A stretch of 64,000 bases of DNA from positions 1,471,635 to 1,535,634 of the forward strand of contig NMRA01000005.1 of NCBI GenBank assembly GCA_002633005.1, in the 5' to 3' direction. This DNA comes from Phoronis australis (lineage: Eukaryota > Animalia > Phoronida). The notes beneath the pieces are model-generated. The model searched no databases, was not told the DNA's origin, and saw nothing but the letters and a program-made list of their open reading frames with translations. Shown here one piece after another: positions 22,737 through 35,918 of this stretch (its first letter is position 1; every line of letters begins with the position of its first letter). The position numbers and the translations under genes are program-made.

Positions 22737-25700
22737 GAGTGACTCCATATAAAAACCAACAGGTAAAGTCTATACCCAAAATCACCGATTTTTTTTAAAC
22801 TTAGCACATGAGTTTGGTTTGTTGAAATGTAGAAAAACCTCACTTTTTAAGAATTTTCAATCATCATTTTTCTTTTTATGACCTGTACCTCCATTTTGCA
22901 ACAAAATTGGGCGTCGAAGTAGGCATGTTTGAATGCATTTTACTAGCATGTATGATACGGTCAAAACAAATGAATAATACGAATTGAAAGGGCAATGGCT
23001 GAATAATGTAATGGCATAACTTTCAAAATCCATTTTTAAATTTATACGTTTTGAATTTGTGAGGCAAAAACGGTTATTTTTCAGGTTTTCACTGAAGCCA
23101 TTTTCGGCCACATTTGACACTCTGTAGCAGCCATAACGCACCTTTCCTGAAATTGACTTTATAATAATTTGTTAGGTCATTCCTAACCTGTTTATAATCT
23201 AAAATAAAAAATCTTGCCTCTAATGTAGTTTTTGCGTACGAAGCATTATACGAACTGCACTTCGTCCTTTTGCATGTTCTCAGTTGCCTCTGCTGCCAAT
23301 AGGGGGCTCTTGGAACATATAATAAGCTTGCGAAACACGAAATAAAAACTTTGTATTTTGGAGAAAAGGCAGACAGCATTATTAATTACCATTCTATGAA
23401 AACGGCATTGATGATTAATACTTATTACAAAAATGTGTACGTAAATCAACTGGCATGCGTGCTTCTAAATGATAGATGGCGCTGCTTTTGTTTACGTGGA
23501 GACTGAAGACGCATCTAGAATAAGAGCAGTAACACGAGGACCTTGCTATAATTCAAGACTTCGCGAGATGTTGCCGTGTATTTTAAATGAGAACACGTGG
23601 TTTTGGATAAATTTTAGAGAGGTTCTAGTGTTACTGAACTCACCCCTGCCTTGTTTTCTATCTGCCTTGTTCGTGCCACAGGCAAAGGAAGCCACCCAAG
23701 GTGGATATGCCCCGGCCCCTAGTGTTCAGTGCAAAAAATCCTTCAACTTGTCAATAGTCATTGTAACTTTGGGTTCATATTGTAATGTCCCTGCTGGTTG
23801 CTACAAATTTTAGTCGCCACCAGTCGCCAGAAATCTGGTGTTCCCCCCACACACACCGGGCACCCTAACGCTGAATATTTCTGCCAGTGTGATCATCAGT
23901 GGTATAAAAAGGTACACATTCACAGTTAATAGAAAATAATTCGCGAAAGACAATTTTATTAATGACTACTTCATGACAGACATGAAGTAAACAGAAGTAA
24001 CGGTCTCGACTTCATATATCACACATCTTTGACTGGTATGCTACAAAACTAGGCTAAACGTTGAGCTCATTTATCACTTCATTCAGTAAACATAACAGCA
24101 TCTTCAGCAGAAATAGCATCGTCATAAACATTGCTGCAGACAACCTCGAAAAAATCCACCAATCTGCGATTCACTTAACATCACAGGTAAATTTACACTT
24201 TCACAGTGGGTTCTCGGCGTAATGTTTTCTCCCGGCATTTTGGCACTTCCGAGGGTGAAAGTTTTTACCTGACTTTCTCCTTCATCGAATATGTTCGTCA
24301 GAAAGTTCTTAACCTTTGATGAAAATCTTGTTGACCTTTTACCTTTTTTCAATGCCTAACCTATTGCTTCAGCATTCGTCTCATCCACATTGTACTCTGA
24401 GGCTGCCTCAAATGACGCTCCGGGTTCTTGCATCTAAAAGCATTTCTGACGACTGTCGTGCGATGTGGTCATACGTGTTCAGTGTGGTTACCCACATCCA
24501 AATGCCGACCTAGTTCTGCGTCTGTAGCAAAAAATTTCGAGTAACCTTGCTGGGTACAAGGGAACTTTTGTTGAGGCTCTTCACTAGATACAATTCCAAC
24601 CTTAAGTCTTGGTGTTGAAAATCCGCCATGTCTAGAGATGTTAGTGTAATTTAGAGAAATAGGTTTCCCATTTTCTCAGTATTTGTAAGAACTTACCGTC
24701 ATCTACATGGAATGATTTCCACACGTGAATTCCTTGGATGGAATAGTGGGAATTTGGGAATGTCCTTATACCAGGAACTGAGTATTTTGGAAAAGACTTT
24801 GTTGCATTGACTGAAAATGCATACACATAACATCCCTTCACACGGCCACTGGAAAGTAGTGCTTCTTTCAAATCCAGAAAGTTTATGATATTATTACTTT
24901 CGGCTACAAAGTACTTTGCATGTTGTTTGAGTGGAGCGATCTTGCGATCACAGAGATCCTTTCCATTCTGACTTTCACTAAAGTCATATCTCGAAACAGA
25001 AATGCCGGTAGAATTTGACAAGGGTGCTACGTTCAGGAGGAGAGGAGCAGAGTGGTAACATCCAGCATTACCTGACTCTTCCATGACTGGTCCTGTTCAG
25101 TCAGAAATTCACCGACTCTGGGTAGTACGAGTCCGTACTCTGGAACAGGCCTTGCTTTGTGAAGTAGTTTCTTGTATCTCAAATGTTCAGTGGTGTCTTT
25201 GACATGACTCACTAAAGCACACAGCTTTTGTGATTTTTTGAAGAATAAACTCTAAAGGAACATGAAGGCCCATCGACATCGTCCGCCATTTTGTCTTTTT
25301 AAAATGCACTTGCTTCTCTCAAAACCAGTCATTACAAATATCAATTCTTACTCGTTTAATCTTAAAGGCATTTATTTCCATTCAAAAGTTCTACAGAGTG
25401 TTTAAATTAACCTGATTATGTAAGAGAAATGAAAGAATACGAGAGGGTTACACGTATATTTTTTATAAATCCTCAAGCTTTAAACCTCAACTGACTCCCT
25501 CAGTGGGCAAAGGTCATCGGGTTCAGTTTTGATACTAGCCGCGTAATAAACCCGGAAAACATCTTGTTTTCATTTGAAAGACTTTAGACTTGGTTTCTAT
25601 AACTATTTAAAGCAGACTTCTTGCCTAAAAGTTTGTTCAAATGGTCTGTAAACTCTGCTCGTCATTTCCAAACTATGAAAATAGACAGTTTTGCAAGACA

Positions 25701-26215
25701 ATTTTCACTAAAGTGCAAAGTTGAGGCAAGATTTTTTATTGCTCAGTCATCAAGACTAACTCTTTAACTGTATGTTCAAAACGTCACATAAGGCTACAAG
25801 GTGTTTTATGGCAGTAAGAAGGTCACAAAAATGGCCACTAAAATTAGCCCCAAAAAGTGGTCTGTGGATTATCTCCCCTGTCTAGCACAAAACTGTCAGA
25901 TTTTAATAAATGGCACAGAATTATGTACAATATACGTTGGTTATTTCAGCCACCAAAATATAGCTTTTGATCTATTTTGTATGTTACTCATTTTTGTTGC
26001 TGAAAACATGCGATTTTTGAGACGGCTAATATGCCCAATTGTGCCAATTTGTGTTATCATGCTCCAGCGGCGAAATTAGGGGTCATTGAGTGCACAAAAT
26101 TTGGCATTTGGGTTTATGTTAGGATACCTACCCATGTACAAAAAATGAAGTTGTTTTAAATTTTGACGTATAGACTGATTTTTGAAAATCTACTGGTTTT
26201 TATATGGACTGTCTC
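22737..26215 (-). mobile_element. Sola3 DNA transposon, internally deleted and decayed
   Basis: TTAA TSD on both sides, GAG...CTC termini, TIR core TCCATATAAAAACCA. ORF 24641..25084 contains SGNAGCYH...YDFSESQNGKDLCDR, a Sola3-type transposase motif set. Confidence 0.8.
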
Positions 26216-26619
26216 TTAATTCGTATTTGTCACTCGTTTATGTATCAAAATAAAGACTTATCTCCCTTGTCATGCATACTTGGGGAATGCCCTACGATGG
26301 AATCCCCGAGAAAAATCGCGACGTACTCATGTGGACGTTGTAGGGGTACCAGTGGTATTAATTGAAGCAATTTTAAAACAATAAACATCATTGAAATGGT
26401 TTTGTTATCACTAAATGTACATACTATTTATTCAATAACTAGGCCTCCGACCCTTGTTACAATCTAATCATCAAATACAATACACATCGCGATACAGGAA
26501 AGTGTCAAACACTAAAAGCCGTATCGCCTTGATCACTGAATGTAACTTACGGTGCGTAGGCGCTACGTTCAAATCCCAAAAGGTGGTTGGCTGCGCCTAC
26601 GTGCGCCTACGCCCCACTA

Positions 26620-27185
26620 AAGCAGTAACATGAGCTCTTCTTCGTTTGAATGTGAAATTAACATATTTACATGTTGACCATATAAGATCTTTTTCCTCCA
26701 TAGTCATGAGTCTGATGAATTTTGTAACGTTGGGATTGTTGTAGCTCCATGTAGGCAAATGCCGTTTCCTAAGGTCATCGTAGAATGGGCATTCGATAAC
26801 AAAATGATATTCTGACTTGATACATGTCCTAACACAGAGAGGGCACAACTTTTGTGGCCTGCTAAGTTTCAAGAGTCTATCCTTTTCAATCACTGGTGCA
26901 TGCGCTGAACATCTTAATCTCACCATATCAGATCTAACATTTACATTGTCAATTATATCTAAATAATTTTCAAAACATATATTTAACTTAAAAGTGTCCA
27001 GCTTAACCGAATTGTTCAAAATTTCTTGCCATTTTTGCTGACCAGTATCTTTGCATCTCTGTTTAAAAAGTGATATGAAGCTTGTCTCGGAACCTACACC
27101 CTGATTGTACCATGCTTCTCCAAAACCAAACTGAAAAATAGCAATTTCTTAACATCATTAACCCAGCACGGTTTATTCCTTTTTT
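26620..27185 (-). mobile_element. RTE-X-like LINE 3' fragment
   Basis: ORF 26597..27019 contains RLRCSAH...IEK...LCPLC...EYHFVIECPFYDDLR, a LINE C-terminal zinc knuckle. Confidence 0.7.
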
Positions 27186-27349
27186 CGTCACTAAACGTTC
27201 ACTGTACGATTAAAATGAAACAAAAACTAGCAGAAGAAGCGCAGTTTACAGATCAGCTGAGAGCGCTATTGATGTTCCGACACTAAACTGAAATTTGATT
27301 GCTTATTGGCCCAGTACTTCACCAGAATTTTAGTCCATCTTCGACACCA

Positions 27350-29700
27350 TAATGACAGGTTTGGCAATTTCAAAAGCGTTGGAACATTTCAAGATCAATT
27401 TCATTCTTAAAGATGAGCAAAAAGATTGCTGAGTTGACAGAAAACTTCGGCATTAAATGCTGTGCACTAGATTACAACGCCAGAACGGCAACAATTCATT
27501 CGCAAGACAACAGTGATGATTATACTGATAATGAAGAAACTAGTGGTGACGTTTTTTAGTACTGTTTCAATTAGTTATGTAATTAAAGGAAATTATCAAG
27601 CAGTGTATGCTCACCCTGAGGCTTCGACCTCAACAAGTGATGGTGTGAAACGCTTGCAAAAACAAGGAATTGGCTTCCAAGAACGTGGCAATAGTGGTAA
27701 ACGATGAAGGAGGACACATTGCGTTTGAATGAGGAGTTTAATACAGAAAAATAATTTCAAAAATATTTATTCGTATCACAATAGCACCAATTTCTTTTTT
27801 GACTTTTCTAGTACACTTTTGACCCGGAATTTCCAAATCTGGGCTTGGAAGTTTTACGGAAATCTGGAAAAGCTGTCAATAAATACTCGAAAACATACCA
27901 GTTGTTCGAGGCAGATGCACTAAATAAAAAATAAAAAATGCCCCCCCCAAAAAAAAGACATGTCAACTTGGAATTAACAGGGAACCAAGCAGCCCTTTTA
28001 GGTCACCCTAAAGTACAAAAAGTAGGGACACGGAGTTGGAAATTGACATCACTAAAATCGGATTTTCATAATTCATTTTACTAACAAAATTGCCGTTGAA
28101 TTTCTCAGTGATTTTTGACAGAGATACCACCAGTCATAGTGTTATCAAAGCAATAAATGTACAGAGACCGTCATGCAGCAAAACATTCTCAACCTTAACT
28201 ATAGGTAGGAAATTCAAAATCTGTAACATTTTAAATCTTTATATAAAAGTAATTCTGTGTTATACATTGGCGCTTGTTGCTAAGGGCTCCATTGTAACAC
28301 TTCATGATCTCGTAACACCATATATTTTTCCAAAACATCACGCAATTGTCTGTCTGAAATTCAAGGGGACTGGTAACAAAATTTTAAATGTGTTTGCGAT
28401 GAGAGTTACTTTTTATGAACTTACAGGGACGTTCTATCAATTTTCTATGCTTAAACACAGCGTTGGGAACATGAGAAGTATGAAAATACAAAAATCACTT
28501 ATGTCTCAAATTTCAGGATGAAGGAAATTAAATTTCAGCAACGATTTCTGTGTTCTGAATTTAGGAGGCTGTCTCAATCTGGAGAGTTTTAAAGGTTTTA
28601 TATCAATAATGGCTTTGTTATCACCAACCTTATCACCTTTACTTAAGTTATATCTTAAAAACAATGAAAGGCGGCTATAAATGTGATCCATCTATTGCAA
28701 TGAAAAATGTTCAAACTTACACAATTGCCAGCATGATGACGAATGCAGGCAGCAGTCAATAGCCTGTGTACAGCACAGAGTTGAGGGCTTCTGGCAAACA
28801 TACATGTACAGTAGCTATCCCATACGTTATGGCTACAGTGAAGTTGTTCTTAGTCATACCAAAATAAAGTGAATGACACATAGTAACAAGAAGTTGTAGT
28901 CCATGGACAACGATCTTCCAGTTTTTCAAGAAGCATCTTTAATTGTCTAAGCACACTTTTGTCTGAAGTTTTGCAAAGATTATACGAAGATGTACTGATC
29001 ATAAAAACTCTTTCTGATCAATTTGCTACGTTGAATATTTAATCATGTTTGAGAAGAAAGGGTTGGATTGTTGATAATCATCAGATACCGAATACCCATG
29101 GTCAATTGACTCAGACACAAAATTCAACAATCTTTCTGCTCCTGTTAGCTTCTTCTTGGAAACAAATGGCGAATCAATAACTACACGTTTTTGTTTATCT
29201 TCAGACTGAGCAATGAGATTGCTGACCTCCATTCTTGCCCATGTCTGCAGCTGCATTACCGATGTGCCATGCCTAGAATTATCTTTGTGCAAGTGAGTTG
29301 ACTTACGGTTGTAAAATTTTAATCACTTATTAATTTTAGTACTGCAGATGGGAAATATGATTTTATTAAAGCGTGATTGTGAGCTTTCGCAGAAATTCTA
29401 GTTACAGAATTACAAAATAAGGTTGTAGTAGGATATATATAACGGTCCCTGAAATGAATAACCAGTTTCATTCACTGATAGCGACGGTAGCCTAACACTG
29501 TAAAACAGTCGTGTAGGAGCTTCATACGCCACACAGCGGCGGGCTCGGTAAAAGCAGGAGAGCCCGCAGTGTAAACATGGCCAGTTTCCGATTTGGGAAA
29601 CTGAACGAAGTCAACTACATTGCGCAGGTTATTATTCTCCATATGAGTAAGACAATACATGCATTGCTGGCTTACGTAGTGAACGGGAGGTATGGATCTA
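27350..29700 (-). mobile_element. Probable AcademH-type (DUF6589 transposase/RecQ) remnant; inverted relative at 56540-58100
   Basis: 28390-29620 is similar to the reverse complement of 56560-58060. Remnant peptides MFARSPQLCAVHRLLTAACIRHH and MFAKKPQLCAVQRLLSAACIRHH. Plus-strand ALEHFKINFILKDEQKDC at 27375-27430 resembles a RecQ N-terminus. The repeat is well supported; the family call is tentative. Confidence 0.45.
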
Positions 29701-31324
29701 CATATATGACCAGCCGAGCATAGGCGGATCTAGAGGGGGTCAAGGAGGTCCGGAACCCTCCTTTTCCCTTGATTTTAGTGATGTCAATTCCAGAATTCTC
29801 AAATTGTTTACTTGGACCCCCTTTTAAAAAACTCCTGGATCATCCCCTGCGGCAAGTACACAATGTACGTCAAGTGGACTAAAACACGGAACATTTTCCC
29901 AACATGCGTGCACCTAAGATGCATATCCGTCGAGTTGCACAATCCAACCAGCAATCAGATGGGTGGATCGGCGAAGTCATTTGGTAGGGCCCACTCAAAT
30001 TGTTGACTTTGGTGTTCAGAAATAGATTGTGTGGTTCCGCGAAACTCGACTTTAGTTATGACGCTGGAATATCCATTTCATCATCTTGTATACTGATTGG
30101 TGTTTCCAGGCCCGGTCCGTAGGCCTACGTTGAGGAGCAGTGAATTGACGTGAAACAGGAAAAATGTCACCATGAACCGTGAAATCCAGAAAACGTTTCC
30201 TGCGTGACTAATCCTTGACTTGAAACTAAGACGTTTCCAGGGCTCACACTTAACATTGAACCACCGACGGTCCGACTGTGACACACAGTTCTCATCATAC
30301 ACGTTCTTAGTGGTCCTGGTTGTGAAGAAAGCATTGATTATCTAAAATGACCAGGTGACTCGCTGTTCCAGAAAGATAAAATTGTAAGCCTACATGACGG
30401 TTTAGAGAAGTGAGATGAAGCACGAAATATTATGAATTTTAGATAAAAATTAGGAAAAGTAGGGACAAGCCAAAAAGGAACAAAAAGTGGGATGAGTGGG
30501 ATCGCTTGAAAGTCTGTTTGATATTGACGACCGATCGTGGAAGTCAACAAAACTTCAGTTTTCGCCTCCTTTTGGCCATTCTGGTTAATGGAAGTCAGGT
30601 GACCTGCTTACTTTTTTAATAAGTTTATTTGCAGAAACTGAAATTGAGAATGGAATACAGTACAAAAGAGAACAAATAAAAACACATTCACTCTCACATT
30701 CACACATTCCAGCACTGCTTGAATTTACACTGAGTGTATAAGTGTTTCAAAAAATCCCAGCAAGTTAGGGGTGATTCTCTAGATTTCATACTTTTCCGTG
30801 TCTTGTCAAATAAAATTGAGTGAAATCTCTTAAGTACAGGAATACATGAAGACTTCGAACTAGTATACATAAAGTAATGAGCTAACGTTAATATGTGATT
30901 AATTCATAGCCATGATATCCTGTACAGATTTTTGTTTTGGATAAAAATCTTACGTTACCATACGATAACAGACAAAGCTTAATGACTATGCCTCTACTAT
31001 TGGGTGGGCACTGATGATATACAGTAGGGTCGACCAATGTAAAACAATAGACGCTATTTATAGCACCTGTATTAGGATATAACGATCACACACTGCCATT
31101 CAACAGTTGGGTAGCATCGAGCCAACCTCAAATGTGCACAAAATTGATTGAAAGCACGGCAGTGCTGAACTAAGATGTGCCATAATTGTTTAATGCACAT
31201 TCGCTCAAATTCGGGTATTGCCTGATAAAAGGAGACCGCGGACAGATTTCTGGGGGGAAGACATGGGACCCCACTCCACCCCGCTACGTGCATGGCCAAA
31301 ACAAGAGAAAAGAGACGTCTTCGT

Positions 31325-31672
31325 CATGCCTAGGCAGGTCGGTGTGTTCCATCCATGCCTAGGCAGGTCGGTGTGTTCCATCCATGCCTAGGCAGGTCGG
31401 TGTGTTCCATCCATGCCTAGGCAGGTCGGCGTGTTCCATCCATGCCTAGGCAGGTCGGTGTGTTCCATCCATGCCTACGCAGGTCGGTGTGTTCCATCCA
31501 TGCCTAGGCAGGTCGGTGTGTTCCATCCAGGCCTAGGCAGGTCGGTGTGTTCCATCCATGCCTACGCAGGTCGGAGTGTTCCATCCATGCCTACGCAGGT
31601 CGGTGTGTTCCATCCATGCCTACGCAGGTCGGAGTGTTCCATCCATGCCTACGCAGGTCGGTGTGTTCCATC
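31325..31672. repeat. Minisatellite, 12 x 29 bp (CATGCCTAGGCAGGTCGGTGTGTTCCATC)
   Basis: Exact 29-bp period over 348 bp, head-to-tail, no spacers. Confidence 0.97.
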
Positions 31673-34600
31673 TAAAACTGTGGTTGGCCACCCCTTACAA
31701 CATCTAGTAGATAAACCACGAGTTTGAGCGAGAGTGTATTAACAAAAAAATACACTGTCGTGTTTTGACTAAATTTGATAGCTAGAATCTGTGAAAATAA
31801 TTATGAAGTAATCATTTAATTCAAAATGAAGCGCGGGACGGTTAAGTGTGAAGAGATCTCTGTCCCGACCTGGGCTCGCTTCCCAGGACTTTCTGCTATA
31901 CGTGCAGTAGCTATAGCGGAACCACCGACTTATAAAAACAAGATTGTATTTGAGTGTTAAATAAAACCGTAACAAATGCACAGTTACACGTCACTTTAAC
32001 CTTTTTACGGCTAGAAGAAACTCTATAATACAATGGATTATGGGACAACGGTGGTTCCGAGCATCGCCGCCAACAAACGTGGAAATAGATTACAACATCA
32101 TTACAGCGTCCTGTCGTTCAGTAACTTTTCCAGACGTGAGGGGTGCTGAACGTGCGATAATATCTGGCTTAACTTAACTTTCATTTTTATCAGCCCACTC
32201 CAGTCAGGCTAGATACGATCTGATCGGAGATTAGAGCAATTATCAAACAAAAGAGCGCAGGCCCTCCAACCATCAACGCCAGAATGGAGTTAATTGGCTA
32301 CTGGGGGTAAACTTCCCAACTTGTTGTTGGGCTATACAATCGAACAAGTTGGGAGCAACGGAATGTCGCCGTCATGTTGTAATAGTATAGCAGCCAGAAG
32401 TTTGCAAACAAGATCTCTGTTTACCGATAGTGTCACTAGATCCGTACTCAGTGTAGTTCGCCTATGAATCCGCATCTGAATAGACCTATCGCAAGCTCCG
32501 CTCCCTTGCGAAAAGTCACGACACCACCAGACAAACAAGTAAGATGTCGGAGGCAAATACACTGTCGCTAAACTACGTTCTTGATAGAATCGATGAGTGT
32601 TTTTGAACTATCCAAAAACGATTCGACACGCACAACAGGTGATACTTTTCAGCAGAGAATCGTACTTTCATGCTGTGAGAATTTGTAAAGGCGACGAGTG
32701 TTTGAGGAAAAGTATTTCGGAGCCAGCGAAAATCCGAAGAACCCGCACCTTTCACGTTCACTTGACAAATGACAAGACCTCTGGTGCGATATCTTCATGC
32801 AAACCTAGACAGTTACCTTCAAGTCCTTATTATCAGTACGATGCCATTGATTTCAGGATATTTAAAACAAAATTAATGAAGATTCACCGATATTTTTCAT
32901 TCAGCCGCCTACCAATTCCACCAAATGAAAAGTAGGTCACAAGATGGGACTCCCCGGGTAAAGTAGGTTGAGTCGATAGTACTGTTTATGCTTTCTAATA
33001 TTCGAGCGAACTATTTTGATTAAAAAACTCAGGTTCATATAGTTAGGTGCTAGGCAAACAGCTAGCTGCGGCAGGTATAGGGCTGTGTCCAAGTCAAATT
33101 AATGCGCGGAATTGGCCGTAAGTGCACAATTAAGACATTCAGTTAGGCCTACCTTTTGATGAGCTACACATTTTTGTATTTTCATTCATAAATGTAGCTT
33201 TCTAGGGACTACTTCTGGGGCTAGTGCTCCCGGGATCCAGAAGGCGAGGTGGCAAAGGCGGTCAAACCTCTAGTAGTATTATACATAGTGTATTGAGGAC
33301 GTTCAGAATCTGAGGACGCCTGTGCACGTGTACTGGGGACGATTAGAAGCTGATGACTGCTGCGAGTTTGCACACGCACTTTTAGGCTTAAGGAATGCCC
33401 AAAAAGTGACGGGATATTCTTCTCGAGATGCATAACGGTTGTCAGAATTACGCACGCCATAGCAACACCGTTTCATCATTCTTATCGCACATTTTTTAGC
33501 TATAAACTAAAAATAAGCTTTGCCAGCCAACAGGTAAAATGGCGGCTTGGAAACTCAGAGGAAGATGTGTCAAGAATGCTGCGTTCTGATTGGTCAGTGA
33601 AGCCGTCAATCAAAATCCTGTCGATAGGTCAATTGCCATTGAACATGGTCACGTTCATTCAGATGGCACTCGACAGCCTACCCTTAAAGGTGAGGTGTCT
33701 TCCTATATGCAGCTTAAACAAGAAAATAATGTATCTGTACTTAAAATTCTTCTTGCCATTGGTTTTCATCATAAAAAACAGTGAGGTCATTTGCACTGAT
33801 TAAATGCAATCTATTCATTACAGCGTTCCGTCGTTCAATAACTTTTCCAGACGTTAGGGGTGCTGAACGTGCGATAAAATCTGACTCTTTTGTTAACTGC
33901 CCAGCACAGTCTTTTGTCCCGTATGATAACAAGCAGGCCAATTATCTCCCAGGCTTCAAAGGAAACGTATGGAGGTTGCACGCTACTACCGAACGCGTAT
34001 GAACACAATCAAACCCTGAGTGCGTCCGTTTGGACAGAATAGATTGCCTTAACTTCTGTTGTAGTTGAGCGATTTTGGTGATTCAAAAACGGAGCATGAT
34101 CAGCATTTGACGAGGAATTCAGAAATGCTATTGGTTTAAGCTCAAATATGTTAAAACTTAACTTTCATTTTTATCAGCCCAGCCCAGTCACTCTAAATAC
34201 GACCTGATCCGAGATTAGAGCAATTATCAAACAAAAGAGCGCAGGCCCTCCAACCATAAATGCCAGAATGGAGTTAATCAGTCGTGGGTAAACTACCCAA
34301 CTTGTTTTTTGGCTATAGAATCGAGCAAGTTAGGAGCAACGGGATGTCGCCGTCATGGCTGAAGGGCCTGGCCGAACTTTATGGCTTTTTACTTGTCCAA
34401 GCCCTGAGCGACCTCTTCGAGGACGGAAACCTTTTTTAGTCACTGCATGAGAAGGCTTTTTAAGTAATGTGGGTGACATAGTAACCTAGTACAGTAAAAA
34501 CGGTAAGTTCTGATTATCTTTGTTTCTTTATAATAATTTCGTATTCATACTACTTACCAGTAAACCATCTCAATTACAATATGGCGTCTTGACATTATGT

Positions 34601-35918
34601 AATATTTATATTATTCCTCAAATACACGCGTCACAACATCGTTATCACATATTACTCGTGAAAATTCGAAAAACTATTAATACTTAATCACTAAGAACAC
34701 ACATTTCCTAGCAGTAAACACATGTTTTGTGGTGGCATTTGCCTCTTAATTTCATCCCAAAAATGTACACATTCATTGTGCACATGTGTATGTCAGAATA
34801 CTTTGGACTGCCTGAGTTCCCATAGAAAAATGAGTTTACTCTAACATTGTAGTGAATCATGTTGGACATAAAATGTAACTTCCTTCGAAAACTAAACACT
34901 CCATAACGCTACAAAAAGTGATACGTCATCAAACGAACATAAATTAAATGCTTGATATGTGGCGTCAAACTTGTAAAGTGTGTAGGTTAGTTCTCCATAC
35001 GACAGGTGACTCTCAATCAGTTTCTGTAGAACACTCCTCCTGAGACGACCAACTGGAAACAAATAACACTGACGACACTTCGTGTAACCACTGACGTCAT
35101 GTTTAGATGACAGATATTAAAGATTTAAGTAGAGCTTCATAATACAAACAATAACCTTCTGGAAAATAATTTGGTAACATTCCTCAAGAAATGTGTGGAA
35201 CCAACTGGTCCCTTCTATAAGGGTCTAGTTGGCAACTATCTGCTTCCTGCGAAGACGAACTCTGTTGGCAATCCTATGCGTGTAAAACAACTAATCAGCT
35301 TAGTCCCTGAACCGTGATTCAGATAACTTAAAATCTGACGCCGCAGTGTCAGGGGAAGGATTTTTAGCTTTCACCCACAAACCCTATCCGCAGTTTACTT
35401 TCCGTCATACATGATCGCATCCACTGTCGCAAGTGAGCGAAAATTGCGAGTTTCCAAATTTTCATGAAGTATTATTTGTGCATGAAGTTGATCTGAATGA
35501 ATAATAACGTTCATCGGATGACATCTAGCCCCGACACTCGACAATAAATGTGGCAAATCTCACAACTGACATGGACACTGACGGTGTGGCTGAAACTCCG
35601 CAAAGACCAGAATAACATTCAAATACGTTTCCAAAAGGTTAGATTAATATTTCCGTATCATTAAAGCTATAAGTGCCTGATACAAGAAATTAAAATAGTC
35701 CCATAATGTGTTGCTAAGAACGAAAAATCGATAAGAGGGAACACATAATTATGGAGATCCATAATGTGCTGCTAAGAATGAACGTTAGATAAGGGGGACC
35801 CTATCGAACACCCAAATATCAGTAAAGAATTTTATGATGAGCATGGTCGTCCCTGAAAAAGTGTTAATTCCTCCGAAAATTGCGGTTGCACCCTCTTTTA
35901 ACGCCCTAGATCCGTTAA

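Noticed and set aside
31325-31672. CRISPR array (29-bp repeats)
   Set aside because: Units are head-to-tail with no unique spacers, there are no cas genes and the context is eukaryotic. ORF 31413..31727 is a by-product of the repeat.
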